From Babesia bigemina (Eukaryota): a DNA stretch of 64,000 nucleotides. Made by a program: the position numbers and the translations under genes. Where the stretch lies: the NCBI RefSeq assembly GCF_000981445.1, contig NC_027217.1, positions 62,001 to 126,000 of the forward strand, given 5' to 3'. Within the stretch, counting starts at the first letter, position 1. Each line of letters opens with the position of its first letter. Below the pieces are notes generated by a model. It did no database searches, had not been told where the DNA came from, and saw nothing but the letters and a program-made list of their open reading frames with translations. Of the stretch, positions 32,501 through 43,131 are shown piece by piece.

Positions 32501-32737
32501 GGCCACCGCAGCCTAAAATCTAACCGAAAGATTTTACAAGAGCGTCTGTCGTCCTTCCGCGAGTTTCTGTCCGAACGCGAGCGTCGCAAGTCTAAGAAGG
32601 CTCGCGCCCGTCAGCGGCCGTTGCGCGCCTCTGGGAACTCGCCCCCTCGCGTGGCATTCATTCGGTCGAAGCGTATGCTTGCGTCGATCGAATCGCTGAA
32701 GCAGCGTGCGCAGGAAGAGCGCGTGACGTCGCCGTAG
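29564..32737 (+). CDS. RAD2: XPG/RAD2 structure-specific endonuclease
   Basis: MGIKGLW...VAIDASFWI...PIFVFDG (XPG-N), long acidic spacer, APSEAEAQCA, SDDSDTLAFG, GCDYTPGVRGIGVVNALE (XPG-I/H3TH), basic C-terminus. Confidence 0.95.
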   Translation: MGIKGLWDAVAAAGVSSRVEMLRGKKVAIDASFWIGHCIASETAERRGQDVYGVFFLRICYLLEKRIYPIFVFDGRTPGAKRRTLLLRNMSRAQRTRNLRLLAFKALAVQMKHLAKSGNDRVFKPSSFMKRKKGFSSKELRAIAADLEVVAEPSASEPVPALAIEDVVAESSPKEDKLFSSDDEFEDTPALDIAPIADVPAEGGPRRIDILTMPQSYKSLKMRARSGANVDLSSASGGNELDSSYFDVSSGSRSHGHGVGRSKRTIELPLDCSINPESYEQLPSDVRYQIMNQIKDAWMYDDRVNLLRHKSALNEFSNLQVESYLRDVEINREIEKIKRSLIRETMPSGALKSDCDVNFDQAKVEALEDEIHDYNVAEGKSRRKRRFLNDLSENMQPDLYNFAVAPNVKTEPVEVDDSLFLRDSEIFGDLVKSESEDEFEVTDERFPRKPVDDFEVLDETPAVLWSPKSIAGAIQQSSEIPGAASAIMDSCGVASEPSAIPSEDPTKDEIPHKCANGLLSDTGIETYPLYNDIVHEGTCMGTVASNPDSDEEQHNSSSHSPGYLSEASGDSDAGSKSLSDIGDDMSELGSDEALEISSSSESCDEPVPSSQKESIGSPEFDDEGWNIDDDEDVVSVATEGDTGIPPDDDEDVSPANVGSDAQDAPESAEQCHKESEDSSRISAEAANEDSAAADDATAASESIVASGPAPMYNNEWQYRDFLRMEKLFSHAERSTYRMDEWDKVPELLDLFGLPFLVAPSEAEAQCAHLNKIGLCFGVISDDSDTLAFGAKRVFKRFYSGQIFESYVSERVVRELGLGQEQIALLAIICGCDYTPGVRGIGVVNALEVIKAFPTFDELYEFRRWATSDVDLATVTDDPCPIKRAYKESHVNYRLHWSFSSDFPNREAYNLFLSPVVSSTFDPRWRAPRFEEVKRFMAKHSSLPESEVDTCLSKLRVKDNFEGYILEDFVPEIHAGSHRKGHRSLKSNRKILQERLSSFREFLSERERRKSKKARARQRPLRASGNSPPRVAFIRSKRMLASIESLKQRAQEERVTSP

Positions 32738-32772
32738 TATTTTGGGTGTGTCGGCGAGGCTGTGTTATTATT

Positions 32773-33139
32773 ATGGCGTTGTTTTGTCCGCTGTGCCACA
32801 GCATTTTATACTTTACGTCTAAGTCGCAAACCTCTTCGTGCTTCGCTTGTCTGCGTTGCAGCTACGAGCTGCCGGTGTCCCGGCGTTTCCACAAGTCTAC
32901 TGTCTACACGCAGTTCGAGAAGGAGGTTCCGCGTAGCCCGCACAGCGCTAACGAGTTTGAGCATGCGCCTAAGATCATTGGTAAGAGTGTGATGTGCGTA
33001 TGCCAATGCTTCTACAGCTGTTTGCCCGTCTTGCCACAACAAAGAGGCGTACTTCATGAGCATACAAACCCGCTCGGCCGACGAGCCGATGACGCAGTTT
33101 TTCGTTTGCACAGCATGCCGCCACCGTTGGAAGGAGTAG
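32773..33139 (+). CDS. RPC11: RNA polymerase III subunit C11 (RPC11/POLR3K), 2 exons
   Basis: MALFCPLCHSIL...FACLRCSY, intron 32981-33017 (37 nt), then CPSCHNKEAYFMSIQTRSADEPMTQFFVCTACRHRWKE (TFIIS-like zinc ribbon). Confidence 0.93.
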
Positions 33140-33159
33140 CATAAGTATTGCTTATCGGT

Positions 33160-33465
33160 TCAAGTCACGTTTGATAGTGCGAGAATTTGCGCACCGTTCA
33201 ACTGCGGGAGCATTTTGAGCATGCGCCCAGTGGCATCATCACTGCGCTGCTCACTAACCAATATCGGCACTCGCGGAACATCTGAGCATCTGAAATCTGA
33301 TGCTAATTTGTTTACAGCGTTTACTATTTGTTGTTTGTATAGCGTTTTTGAGCGGGGTTGGTGCTGTTTCCAGACCCACTGCGTCAAACTAGAGGTCAAG
33401 CGCCAGTTCACTGCAGCTCCCACTCGCGCATCCCAATTCATCCCTATGTTCATAGCATGATGCAT
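33160..33465 (-). CDS. Possible small hypothetical protein or terminal exon
   Basis: 101-aa ORF convergent with RPC11; no recognised motif. Confidence 0.25.
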   Translation of the reverse strand: MHHAMNIGMNWDARVGAAVNWRLTSSLTQWVWKQHQPRSKTLYKQQIVNAVNKLASDFRCSDVPRVPILVSEQRSDDATGRMLKMLPQLNGAQILALSNVT

Positions 33466-33821
33466 AACATACTCATTATTAGCGTTGCTTTACGTGGAGA
33501 GGTAATACTGCGCCACCCCCGAAATGGATCTGCGTGTTTGCGTTTACCGTGCAACGGGTTACATCATATACGAGACTCTTGTGACCATACATCAACGTCA
33601 AAGCTTCAATACTTAAGTTTGTGCATTTTATTTACGTAGAACAGCGTACGCGACTCTGCCGCGCATCATGTTCAGCTGGTTTGTCTTATCTCTTGTCTTA
33701 TGCGATATCGTCGGGGCCCTAATTTACATAGAGCGCATTAATTATACGCGTTAGCACATGAGCGACTCTGTTTGGTGACGGTTTCAGTTATCTTTGCGCG
33801 GTTTTATGTTTGGGTGATTCG

Positions 33822-36638
33822 TCATTCTGTTGCGACACTTGGGGCTACTTCATCTGCCGTTGTTTGAACGCTCACTTTCCGATGTACCTGCTGCAGCCAG
33901 GACATTTCATGTTGCTACATTTACTGCTGATGTTTGCGGAATGACATTCGCAGGATCATCCATCGTTGTGGTGTCTCCCTTGGGGGCCTCCTTGGCTTCT
34001 GTTATGACATCTCCTTCACCTGCATCTGTTATTATATCTCCCATTGGTACATCCACTGCGACAGTCGGAGTGCTACCTTTGTTAGTCGCATCTTCGGCAT
34101 TCGGAGTGTTAGCTTTTACCGTTTCATCCGCGCTGTTTTGCAAGTTCACCGTAGCAGCATGAGCATTCACCCTTTCGTATTCGCCTGCCGCCTGAGCATG
34201 GTTTGTTGCTGATTCAGCTGCTTCTACTTGAGTCTGTATCATCGCCGATTCCGCCATCACTTGAGTGTGCCTCACTACCGTTTCCGCTGCCATAGCTTGA
34301 GATTGCATCTTGGCCGCTTCTTCCGCTACCGATTGAACGTTCCTTCTGGCAGTCTCTTCTGCTAGTTTCTGAGCGTTCTTCTTTGCTTCTTCGGCTGCCG
34401 CTTTAGCTTGCTTCCTTGCCGCCTCATCCGCTGCAGCCTTGCTTTGTATCCTGGCAGCCTCCTCTGCTGCCTTCTGAGCCTTTCTTCTGACAATTTCCTC
34501 TTCAACATTTTGAATACATCTCCTTGCGGCGTCCCTCCTCGGTTTAGTACTTACTCCCATATCGCAATCGCTGTTAGTCTCTCGCGGAGTATGATATTCT
34601 GGCTCCACTTCCACTTTCTTACGGATATCTTGGGTTCTAGTTCGAGGGGACGTTTTTGCTTTTGCAGTTGCGCCGGGTTTCTGCTGAGATGCCGACTTGT
34701 TGGCCTTTTCCTCTCGCTTCGATCCGCCTGCAGCTTCTTTGGCGTTTTGCGCCGACTTCCTCCTGGTCTCACCCCCGGTTTTGCTACCTGCGGATGCGTT
34801 TTGAGCACGTCGTGTTGCGTTGATTTTGGGCGCAGTTATTGGCTCAATGGATACCCTTGAGGTGTTGTTTCTGATTCCTCCAAAGTGGTACATCATGCCA
34901 TCGAGTAGCACGCTTCGGTGCCCCGTCTGCATTTTCATTAGCGTCACTATGTACAGAAAAGATCCCACAGTTGAATAGACAGCTTTGACGCAGTGTATGA
35001 GTCCACTGCCTTGTCACAGTTGCACGACACAGTTTATACAAGAGATGAACTCACCAGCGGCAATGCCTCCTTGGTGTACTGGAACTCCCTCGCGTTGATG
35101 TGGTAGACGAGGCATTGGTGCACCGACGGCGTTTTCATGGTAAAGTCCTCTCCACCCGTCACCAATACTTGGCCATTGTGGTACGCCATCGCTGCGACGT
35201 GATGCGCAATTTCCGCAGCTGTGACTTACAGTGGAATGCTCTCTTTTCTTGAGGCGCTGTCACCATGACAGGCAGTATGCTCTGCATCATGTGTTACCGC
35301 TTAGCCTCAGTGGCTACTTACCCATCTCAGGTTCCCGAATTGATCATTTTTCAGGGCGTACGCTCGCGCCGAATCGTCAGCTGTAACTCCTCCGTATATG
35401 ATCTGCGTTCTTCTAAATCATTTTTGAAATGCCCACTCACAATCGGGTTCGATGTCTGTATTCCGATTTTGACGGAGGCATGGAAGCAACGTGGCGCCGG
35501 TACCGGTCCGCTGATTTCCACTCTGATCCATTCGTTTGAGATATTCCTGTTGCTCTCATCCACTGTTCCTTGGTGCAAGTTGAGTACCCAGAGGTCGTTT
35601 AGAATTTCGTATCCGTTTGTGCCTCCGAATATGGTAATGTATTCATGGACCTGCCCCATGGTGTGTCCGTATCGCGGCGTTGGCATCTTGCCAGCGGCAG
35701 TGATCGCGATCCACACCGGATGATCGGTTTTCTGCACAAGCGGCATCATGTGGAGCGTCATGTCCATGATTTTCCTGTTGTGTCCGAACCCTCCGGCGAC
35801 ACACAGAATGGGCGTTGCGAAGTCTGTGTACATGATTGTGGAGGCATGGAAAGCTCTTGCTGAGGGGCACCCCTTCGACGCCAGCGGCTTCCAGTGCGGA
35901 TCCGCGCCCCTGACCGACACGGTGAAGAGTTCGTTGTTGACCTTCAGGTCCTCCGCAGCTGCAGCTTATGAGTGTTTGACGAAGTCTGTACATACCATCG
36001 AGAATGCTGAGTAGGCTGAGGTTGCCTTTGCAGGCTCTAAGTTGCTTCTCCGACGGACACGCGCCTCCGAATACGATTACCATATGGGCGTTTTCGTTAG
36101 GCACCAGCCGGTTCGTGTTCACGAGATCTGACTCGCTTTGGGTACTGTCGCCTGCTTCTCCCTTGAAAACAACCTTGTCTATGAGTTCCTTGAAGTGCGC
36201 TGCTTTGATTTCCGGTATCACCTTGCATGTGCCGACGACAAAGTGGTCGATGGTACTCGGGTTGAGGTCGCGGAAGGCGAAATCGGTCTCCTCCTCCCTG
36301 CCGATCGTGCTCCAGAACTTATCACTGATTTGTGAATTCCAGAGCCCGTGTATCACCTGCCTGCTCTCCTCCGTATTGATGGTCTGTTCGTGCGCCACCG
36401 TCGTTTTGGAGTACTCCGGCAATGAGTCAAGCGCGTCTGCCAGCCTCCCCTTGAGCTTTGCCTTTTGCTCGTAATACATGACATTGGTCTCGTATGATTC
36501 GGAATCACTTTCATCTAGCACCTTCGCGTTTTTTTTTGTCTTTTCCTCCCTGTCATGTCCGTCGGCGATGGGCTTCTTGCCGAGGATGATGTATGTGTCG
36601 GCCGAATGGCCGAATCTGCCTCTGATTGCGTTGTACAT
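33822..36638 (-). CDS. Kelch-repeat protein with C-terminal Ala/Glu/Lys-rich repeats, multi-exon (3' end approximate)
   Basis: MYNAIRGRFGHSA; IVFGGA; PSARAFHAS; PTPRYGHTM..ITIFGGTNGYEILNDLWVL; PAPRCFHAS; IIYGG; GHRSVLLDGMMYHFGG. Segments are linked by short GT-AG introns. Confidence 0.75.
34170..34490 (-). repeat. Degenerate ~12-aa (36-nt) tandem repeats AAEEAAR/KxxxK
   Basis: AAEEAARIQSKA AADEAARKQAKA AAEEAKKNAQKL AEETARRNVQSV AEEAAKMQSQAM AAETVVRHTQVM AESAMIQTQVEA AESATNHAQAA. Confidence 0.8.
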
Positions 36639-36697
36639 TTTATAGTGTTTACATATCGTGTTGCGATTAATTTGAGAAGCGTTTGCTGTTGTGTGCT

Positions 36698-37893
36698 TCA
36701 CATCACACCTATGGTGAGATCGTGCCCCGACTCGAGATCGACGACGGTGTCTACTTCCAAAAGCGTGAGGTCTGCGTGGAAGATAACGCTTCCTTCGTAG
36801 CTGTTGGAATACATGAGGAATCCTGTGCGTTGTGTGTGGCACGCCCGTGAAAACTAACCGCTGGACGAGGGCATCGCCTTGAGTATGGCCTTTGGGTTGA
36901 GGTGTTGTCCGTCGAAAGTGATGAGTTTGAGTGTGTCATTATCCTGGTACTGTACGGTGACGGCGGTATCCACCGCCGACGAATACATGAGCGCCAGCGG
37001 CATGCCGAAGGCGTATTTCTTCATTCCGACGTCCGTACACTGCGATAGCTCTCTGTGTGCTTTGCTAAACCTGCACAGCAGGTAGTCCCTGTCTGGATCT
37101 TGGCTTTCCTTTTTGCGGTTGAGGAGGTATACCGAGCGCCGCCCAGCCGTGATGCGCTGGAGCATCGGGTTTCCGCAGAATGCGCCAATTACGTACGGTT
37201 CTGCATTCGATGGTGTTGTTTTTGCGTGTTGTAAGCTCACCTTCCAACCTGATTTTCTCCGTTTGAGTGGCATCTCGCGCCGCGTCCAGTATAGTTTGCA
37301 GCGACTCCGACTGCATCAGTACCACACAGTATGAGTTGTCGTAGAGTTCGTGCCTTTCGTTTTTCTGGCAGGTCCAGGAGTAGTACAGTCCGTTGCATAC
37401 CGACAGCGGCATGCGCATTACTGCCGTGAAAACGTCGTGATCCTTCTCTGTGTGCGCGTATATGCTCGTTAGCCCGTATACTGTGTTTGAGGGCGCCAGG
37501 TTGAGCGCGTTATCTGCGTCCCTCTCCCAGCGCAGCGTGGTTTGCTTCTCGATACCCAGTATCCTCGAGGGCTCCACGTTGATGATGTCTACCATGCCAG
37601 CGAGCTGTAATGTGGTCCTGGGCAGCGTGAGCGCCTGGTGGACGTATATTTTGACGGTGGAGAATGCGGCGTCGTTGAACTTGATGCCGGGCGTTTTATG
37701 CACCTGAGTGGTTTGTGAGCTTTGTGTTTCATCGCACCTCTACTGGCGGCGCGCTGTCCGGTAGATCGATTGAGAAGTGGTATATGATGATGGCGAAGCT
37801 CATGAAGAAGAGTACGCAAATTCTGGCGAGGGCCCTTCCAGCGCGTTGCTGGTGGTCCACCTGATGTTCGTGTCCTATGTGAAACGTGTCCAT
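36698..37893 (-). CDS. Hypothetical 361-aa protein with N-terminal hydrophobic segment, 4 exons
   Basis: Exons 37893-37738, 37703-37241, 37200-36859 and 36822-36698 (introns of 34, 40 and 36 nt) are all phase-compatible. TM-like ICVLFFMSFAIIIYHFSI. Confidence 0.65.
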
Positions 37894-38030
37894 GTTAATT
37901 AAGTCGCTCCCATGCTGTCAACCGCGACTGGCGTGAGCTCGAGGGGAGAACCGCTTGCCAATTTGCCCCTCACTAAGATGGATCGCAGAATTAATTAACA
38001 ATGGTGTGTGTGTACTATCGTGTACTAGTT

Positions 38031-39897
38031 TTATGTGGATTCATCGGATTGATTGCGGTTCCCCGCACTGATGCGTTGCCTCTCAAGGAACCGCACGCAC
38101 CTGGCAATCAGCGCCTCTTCCTCCTCATCGGAAATGTTCTCCACATTGTTGCGTGTGGAGAAAGGCGATGGGCCAGCTGCGTTCGTTGTACTTGAAGTGT
38201 GTCCGCCGGAATGAAGTAGTATTCGTTCTGCGAAAAATGAGTGGGCGCATATGCATTTGCGGTGGGCCCCAAATACATTCGCATACTCTATTTCCACAGA
38301 TACAACGATGCAGCATTCCTAAAAACACCAACTAAACCCACATATACGCAGTAAAGGCGCCATAAAGATCACGGCATCACACCGGACAGCCAGCCTTCGA
38401 GCAGCCTTACGGAGTCGAGTTCACCTCACAAACATTATCTTTATCAAACCTTTTGCCACATCACAAAGCCGCATCTCGACGCGGTGTCATGTAAACATAG
38501 TCTCGCCTTCTACCGGCATTTACCGAATCCGACAAGATGTAAGCATATTGGCAGACACGCCATCATATAGCAAATGTTAAACGTCCACTTACACACACCA
38601 CAATACAATCTTAAGCAATATGAAGTTAACTCAGAGAGAAGATTAGCTGTTTATCCTCACTGATCAAGGAATACAGATGGTCATCATCACGGTTATTGGA
38701 CAAAGCCAATCGACAGGATTTGTTACAACAATTGAGCATTTGACACCAGACGTAAAAAGTTAGACACATAGGCGATGACTACGGAAGGGCCATACAAGTC
38801 GATGCATATTGCGCAGACATGAAAGTAAAGAACACGAGGCCTAGGGCGTCAAGAATGCAAGGCATTTACCTACCTGTGAAGTTGAATATGTTCCTGTTGT
38901 CGATTGCTGGTGTTATTTGCCTGATGGGTTTATTAGTCGAGAGTGCGTGTGGTAGGTATACTTGCAATTTCTGTGGTGTTATACAAGCCCAGCTTTGTCT
39001 TCTGGTACAGGGTTCTCTCCCTACTTTTGGAAATTCCTGAGCCTCTCGGGCTGCACTTTTTCTGCGAGTGATCCTGTGTTTGAAATGGCAGAAGTTACAA
39101 TTAACGCCGTTTTTGCATGAGTTGATCGCCTTATTTGCGAACACGCACGGCTTGCAATATCCATTTGAGTGGGTAATGGATCCAAAGCTAGGGATATCAT
39201 CGGTAAGGGTGGTGGTGTATTTTTCCCTGATAGCCTCGAATATGTGAACAACGTTCACTTCCGTGTTGTGTATGAGGCACTTCCTGAGCACTGCGAATAC
39301 GCGTGCGCGTATCGAATTAATGTCGAGGTGTATTTTGCCTGTGTCCTTTTGTACAATCATTGTTTTAACATCCTTCTTGACAATTTCGTCAATGTATTTG
39401 CGGAATACATCGACAATTCCTTGCGTAAAAAGTGTTTTAATAACCTTAAGCAGTCTGACATCTGGGTCCTCCGTTTGCGACGAGAGCGCAAGGTGTTGCG
39501 GCGTGGTGACCCCCTCCTGTTCCGCCCATATACAACTAAATCCGTTTTCAATGTGCGTGGTGGCCACCGAGTCCATACTGGAGAATGCGGACCTCGCACT
39601 GTTGGCTAAGGAGATGGATTCATCGTTTAGGCCGATCGGGTCGTCGAACATACTCTGCGTCTTGGGACAACAGTAGTGGCTCGAAACACGGGCATATGGA
39701 GACATTTTGTTTGGGACAAATGCTCGGGTGATGAGGTCTGAGCAGTCGTCAATCGGAATGGAGTTGTGGTTGTTCTCCATTTTCACAATGTGTGATGAAT
39801 TGTATACACGATTCCTGATGTTAATATGCCCTTTCGGCTCTCCGACGTCTGCCTGATGTTGCAGCGTTTTAGACAAGGTTGCGTTGCGGCAATGCAA
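38031..39897 (-). CDS. CCCH-type zinc-finger protein (start uncertain; probable terminal exon 38227-38031)
   Basis: PSFGSITHSNGYCKPCVFANKAINSCKNGVNCNFCHFKH. The phase-1 donor GTAGGT at 38873 is compatible with the acceptor ttttcgcag at 38228. Confidence 0.7.
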
Positions 39898-40860
39898 CTG
39901 CTCCGTGCGCGGGAGGTCTTCCTGCGGTTGTTAGCGTACACAGGTATGAGACGTGAGTTGTTTAGCCGTGTATTTTCATCGGCGACGATGGACTTGTGTT
40001 GCGTTGAGTTAGCCTTGGCGATGCGCTGCTTCTACCTGTCGGCAATCTCGTGTGCTGCGTCAGCCCGTTCCTGTTGCGTGTGTTGTTGTCGCGTAGCGTA
40101 ATTGCAATTTTATCGTCGCCCGTGGCCCACCGCTGAAAAAACCTTCCACTGGGGGTTTCGCGTGATGTCCGCTGGTGGTAGTGGTTGTAGTGATCAGGTC
40201 CGTGAGGCTGATAGCATGCGCCTGTGTGCGTATCACGCAGTGTGCTGCTGCAAACGACGCTAATAAGCCCTTTTACGTCACGTTTGATTGAATCTGATGC
40301 TCGCCGTAGCTATGTGGTCGGGCGCGCCTGTTTTGTCGGAAGATCGTGTCCGTCTCCGCGTGTGTGTCTATTTTGTCGGGTAAGCTATCCGAGCCCTTCC
40401 TCCAGCCCGTCGTCACCCTGCAGGTATCTCAGCGGCTTGTCTCGATACCAGCAGGCCTTAAAACAACGGATCTTTACGTAAGAGATGTTTATTGTGATTT
40501 TCACTGCGCGTCTGTCACACGCAATGCGGCGGCCTGAGCCGCTACTCAGCGTGTCTTTAAGCTGTACACTCACACAATCTACACCTGTAACACCTACAGA
40601 GTTGCAACCATAGGTCACATGATGCCGTGAACATACTTTTGCGGCTGGGTGCCCAGTGGCATCCCGTAGCACCTCCACCTTGTCACGCCGGTAGTAGCGC
40701 TTTCCCGTGTTTGCGTGTAGGCACCTGTGCATCGAAGTGGCCCCGTTGCACTTAAATTCTTCAGAAACACTGCAAAATTTCGTGTGTGCACATCTATTTT
40801 AGAGGCACTGTTAGTGTGTAGGTTGCGGGGTCCCGCTCGGATTCCAGTTCAATTAGGACA

Positions 40861-42646
40861 ATGGATGATGCCCTGCGGAAATTACTTACTGGCCCGGAGT
40901 CCAACCCCTTCGGCCAGATCGTTGTGGGCGTTCTGTCATGCCGCTGGTTGGTCTACATCTTGGCTGTGGTCCTCCGAATTGGACTTATCGGCTACAGCTG
41001 CTACCATGACTGGTTCTGTAAGTGTCTTATTGTCTGGTGTAATGGTTTAGTCGAGGTGAAATTCACGGATGTGGACTACCGTGTCTTCACGGACGCCGCA
41101 CGTCTGCTGCTGAGCGGCCAATCGCCTTACCTTCGTCACACTTACCGCTACACGCCGCTATTGTAAGTGCATGTTGGCTTAGTCTACATCTGTTATGTAC
41201 AGGGCACTCTTGATGGTCCCTAATGTGGTCATATGCGATTTGTTCGGGAAGGCGTTTTTCTGCATTTTCGACGTGCTGACGGCCTACATGTTGGAGAAAT
41301 GCGCGACTACTGGAAACTCCCTAGTGCCATCCATTTGGCTGTTCAACCCGTTCGTGGTTGTCATATCTTCTCGCGGCAATGCTGACTGCGTGATCTGCTT
41401 CCTGGTTGTGGCTGCCCTTTACTACATAAAGCAGGAGAAGATCATCACGAGTGCAATATTGTACGTCACGTGTCAGCCCATGGTAAAAATGCGTGCAGCT
41501 TCGGTCTCGCCGTCCACTTCAAGCTCTACCCTGTCGTCTACTTCTTGCCTTTCATTTTGCACTTGTCGCACGCCAGCGCGGTACGTCTGGCGCATTCTTT
41601 TGCTCAACCGTTTTACAGGCCCGTGAAGCCTTGACTGGAAACTGGCTCGTCAAATCGATTCGCACTGTGAAGAATGGTTTGAACCTAAACCAGCTGAAGT
41701 TCGCTGCTGTGAGCTTCGCCGTGTTCGCGTCGACCAGCCTTGTGTGCTACTACTTGTAAGTTTTGGAAGTTTGTATTTCATATTTTTCTTGCCGCTCGTA
41801 TTTAACGCATTGTTTTGTGTGTTTTGTCCTGCGAATCATACTAATTTGTGCCGCCGATTTTCGCGCTTTCAGTTCCGTGCATAAACAGAACGTCGATGCC
41901 GGAGTCTTTGCTGCCCTCCACAGTGCCATTGCACGCATGTATTGTATTGTGCACGTGGATCTATCCCCCCATTATTGTGACTGTTTTCAATGGTTTCTCA
42001 GCTGCGGCTTCGACTTCGTGTACGAGACCTACCTTTACCACTACATCCGCAAGGACCACCGCCACAACTTCTCCGTTTACTTCAACTACATGTACCACAT
42101 GGTCGACTCCGATAGTGAGGTACGCGTACATCGCTCATCCGCCTTAACTCTCCTTGCAGCTGAACCCGGTCCTGTCGTTCATCCCCCAGATGGTGTGCGT
42201 GTTTGTTTACGGCCTTTTGGGTTTCTGGGACCTTGAGTTGTCGATGTTCTTGCAGGTGCGTGGTCTTGAATTCGTGAATCATGGTTGCATTGCAGACCTT
42301 GTCGTTCGTGGCCCTGAACAAGGTCGTCACGTGCCAGTACTACCTGTGGTGGATGTGCCTGCTCCCCTTGGTGCTGTCCAAGTTGTCGTTCGAGCGCAAG
42401 GCGGTCATGATCCAGGGCGCCGCCATTGTAAGTTTCGTAGGATCGAACCTCCTGTGGCTCTTCTTCGCGTACTGCTTGGAGATGCTGGGTTACAACACCT
42501 TTGCTATGGTAGGTGTTTTTTACGGGCGCGTAATCTGTTCGCAGTTGCTGTGTTCGTCAGTCTTCTTTGTTTTTGCTCAGATGGCTATTGGCTGGGCGTT
42601 TTTGGAGACCAAGGCTCCTGAGGGCGTTCAGAAGCAGGAAGCTTGA
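40861..42646 (+). CDS. PIGM: GPI mannosyltransferase I (PIG-M/Gpi14), multi-exon
   Basis: EVKFTDVDYRVFTDAA, SPYLRHTYRYTPLL, WLFNPFVVVISSRGNAD, HFKLYPV, YLYHYIRKDHRHNFSVYF and FVALNKVVTCQYYLWW. Confidence 0.93.
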
Positions 42647-43131
42647 TGGCGTTTTGCACTTTTAGGGCGTAATGCCGCCTCACTACTGTCTACTGCACTA
42701 AGCTTAAGTTGTCCACATGTGCGTCACAAATTGAATAACAGCGCAGTTTAATTTTGTTTCTGTGGTGACCAAACAACTCCCTATGGGCAGTTGTATTTGA
42801 TTCGTGCCGTCTGTTACCGCATGACATTGCCATCGAATATTTAGTTCCCCGTAAAATATACGTCCAAGCATCTCAAATAATGCAAGTGGCAGTTATTCCG
42901 AACGATATCATGCCTGACATCGATGGCCTGTTAGTTAAGTTGGATTTCACAGAGCAAGCGTTATGCTGGATCACGTAAACCTCGCACTCTCCACCGTCAG
43001 CTACTTCGTAGCGTCGTTCCCCAGCTAGGTATACTGGTTTTACAAGGATATTAATATGTTATTAGGTGGCTTTGCCATGCGGGCATTACGCTACCAACCT
43101 CATGACAGGGCCAGCAAATTTATGCCCGCGT

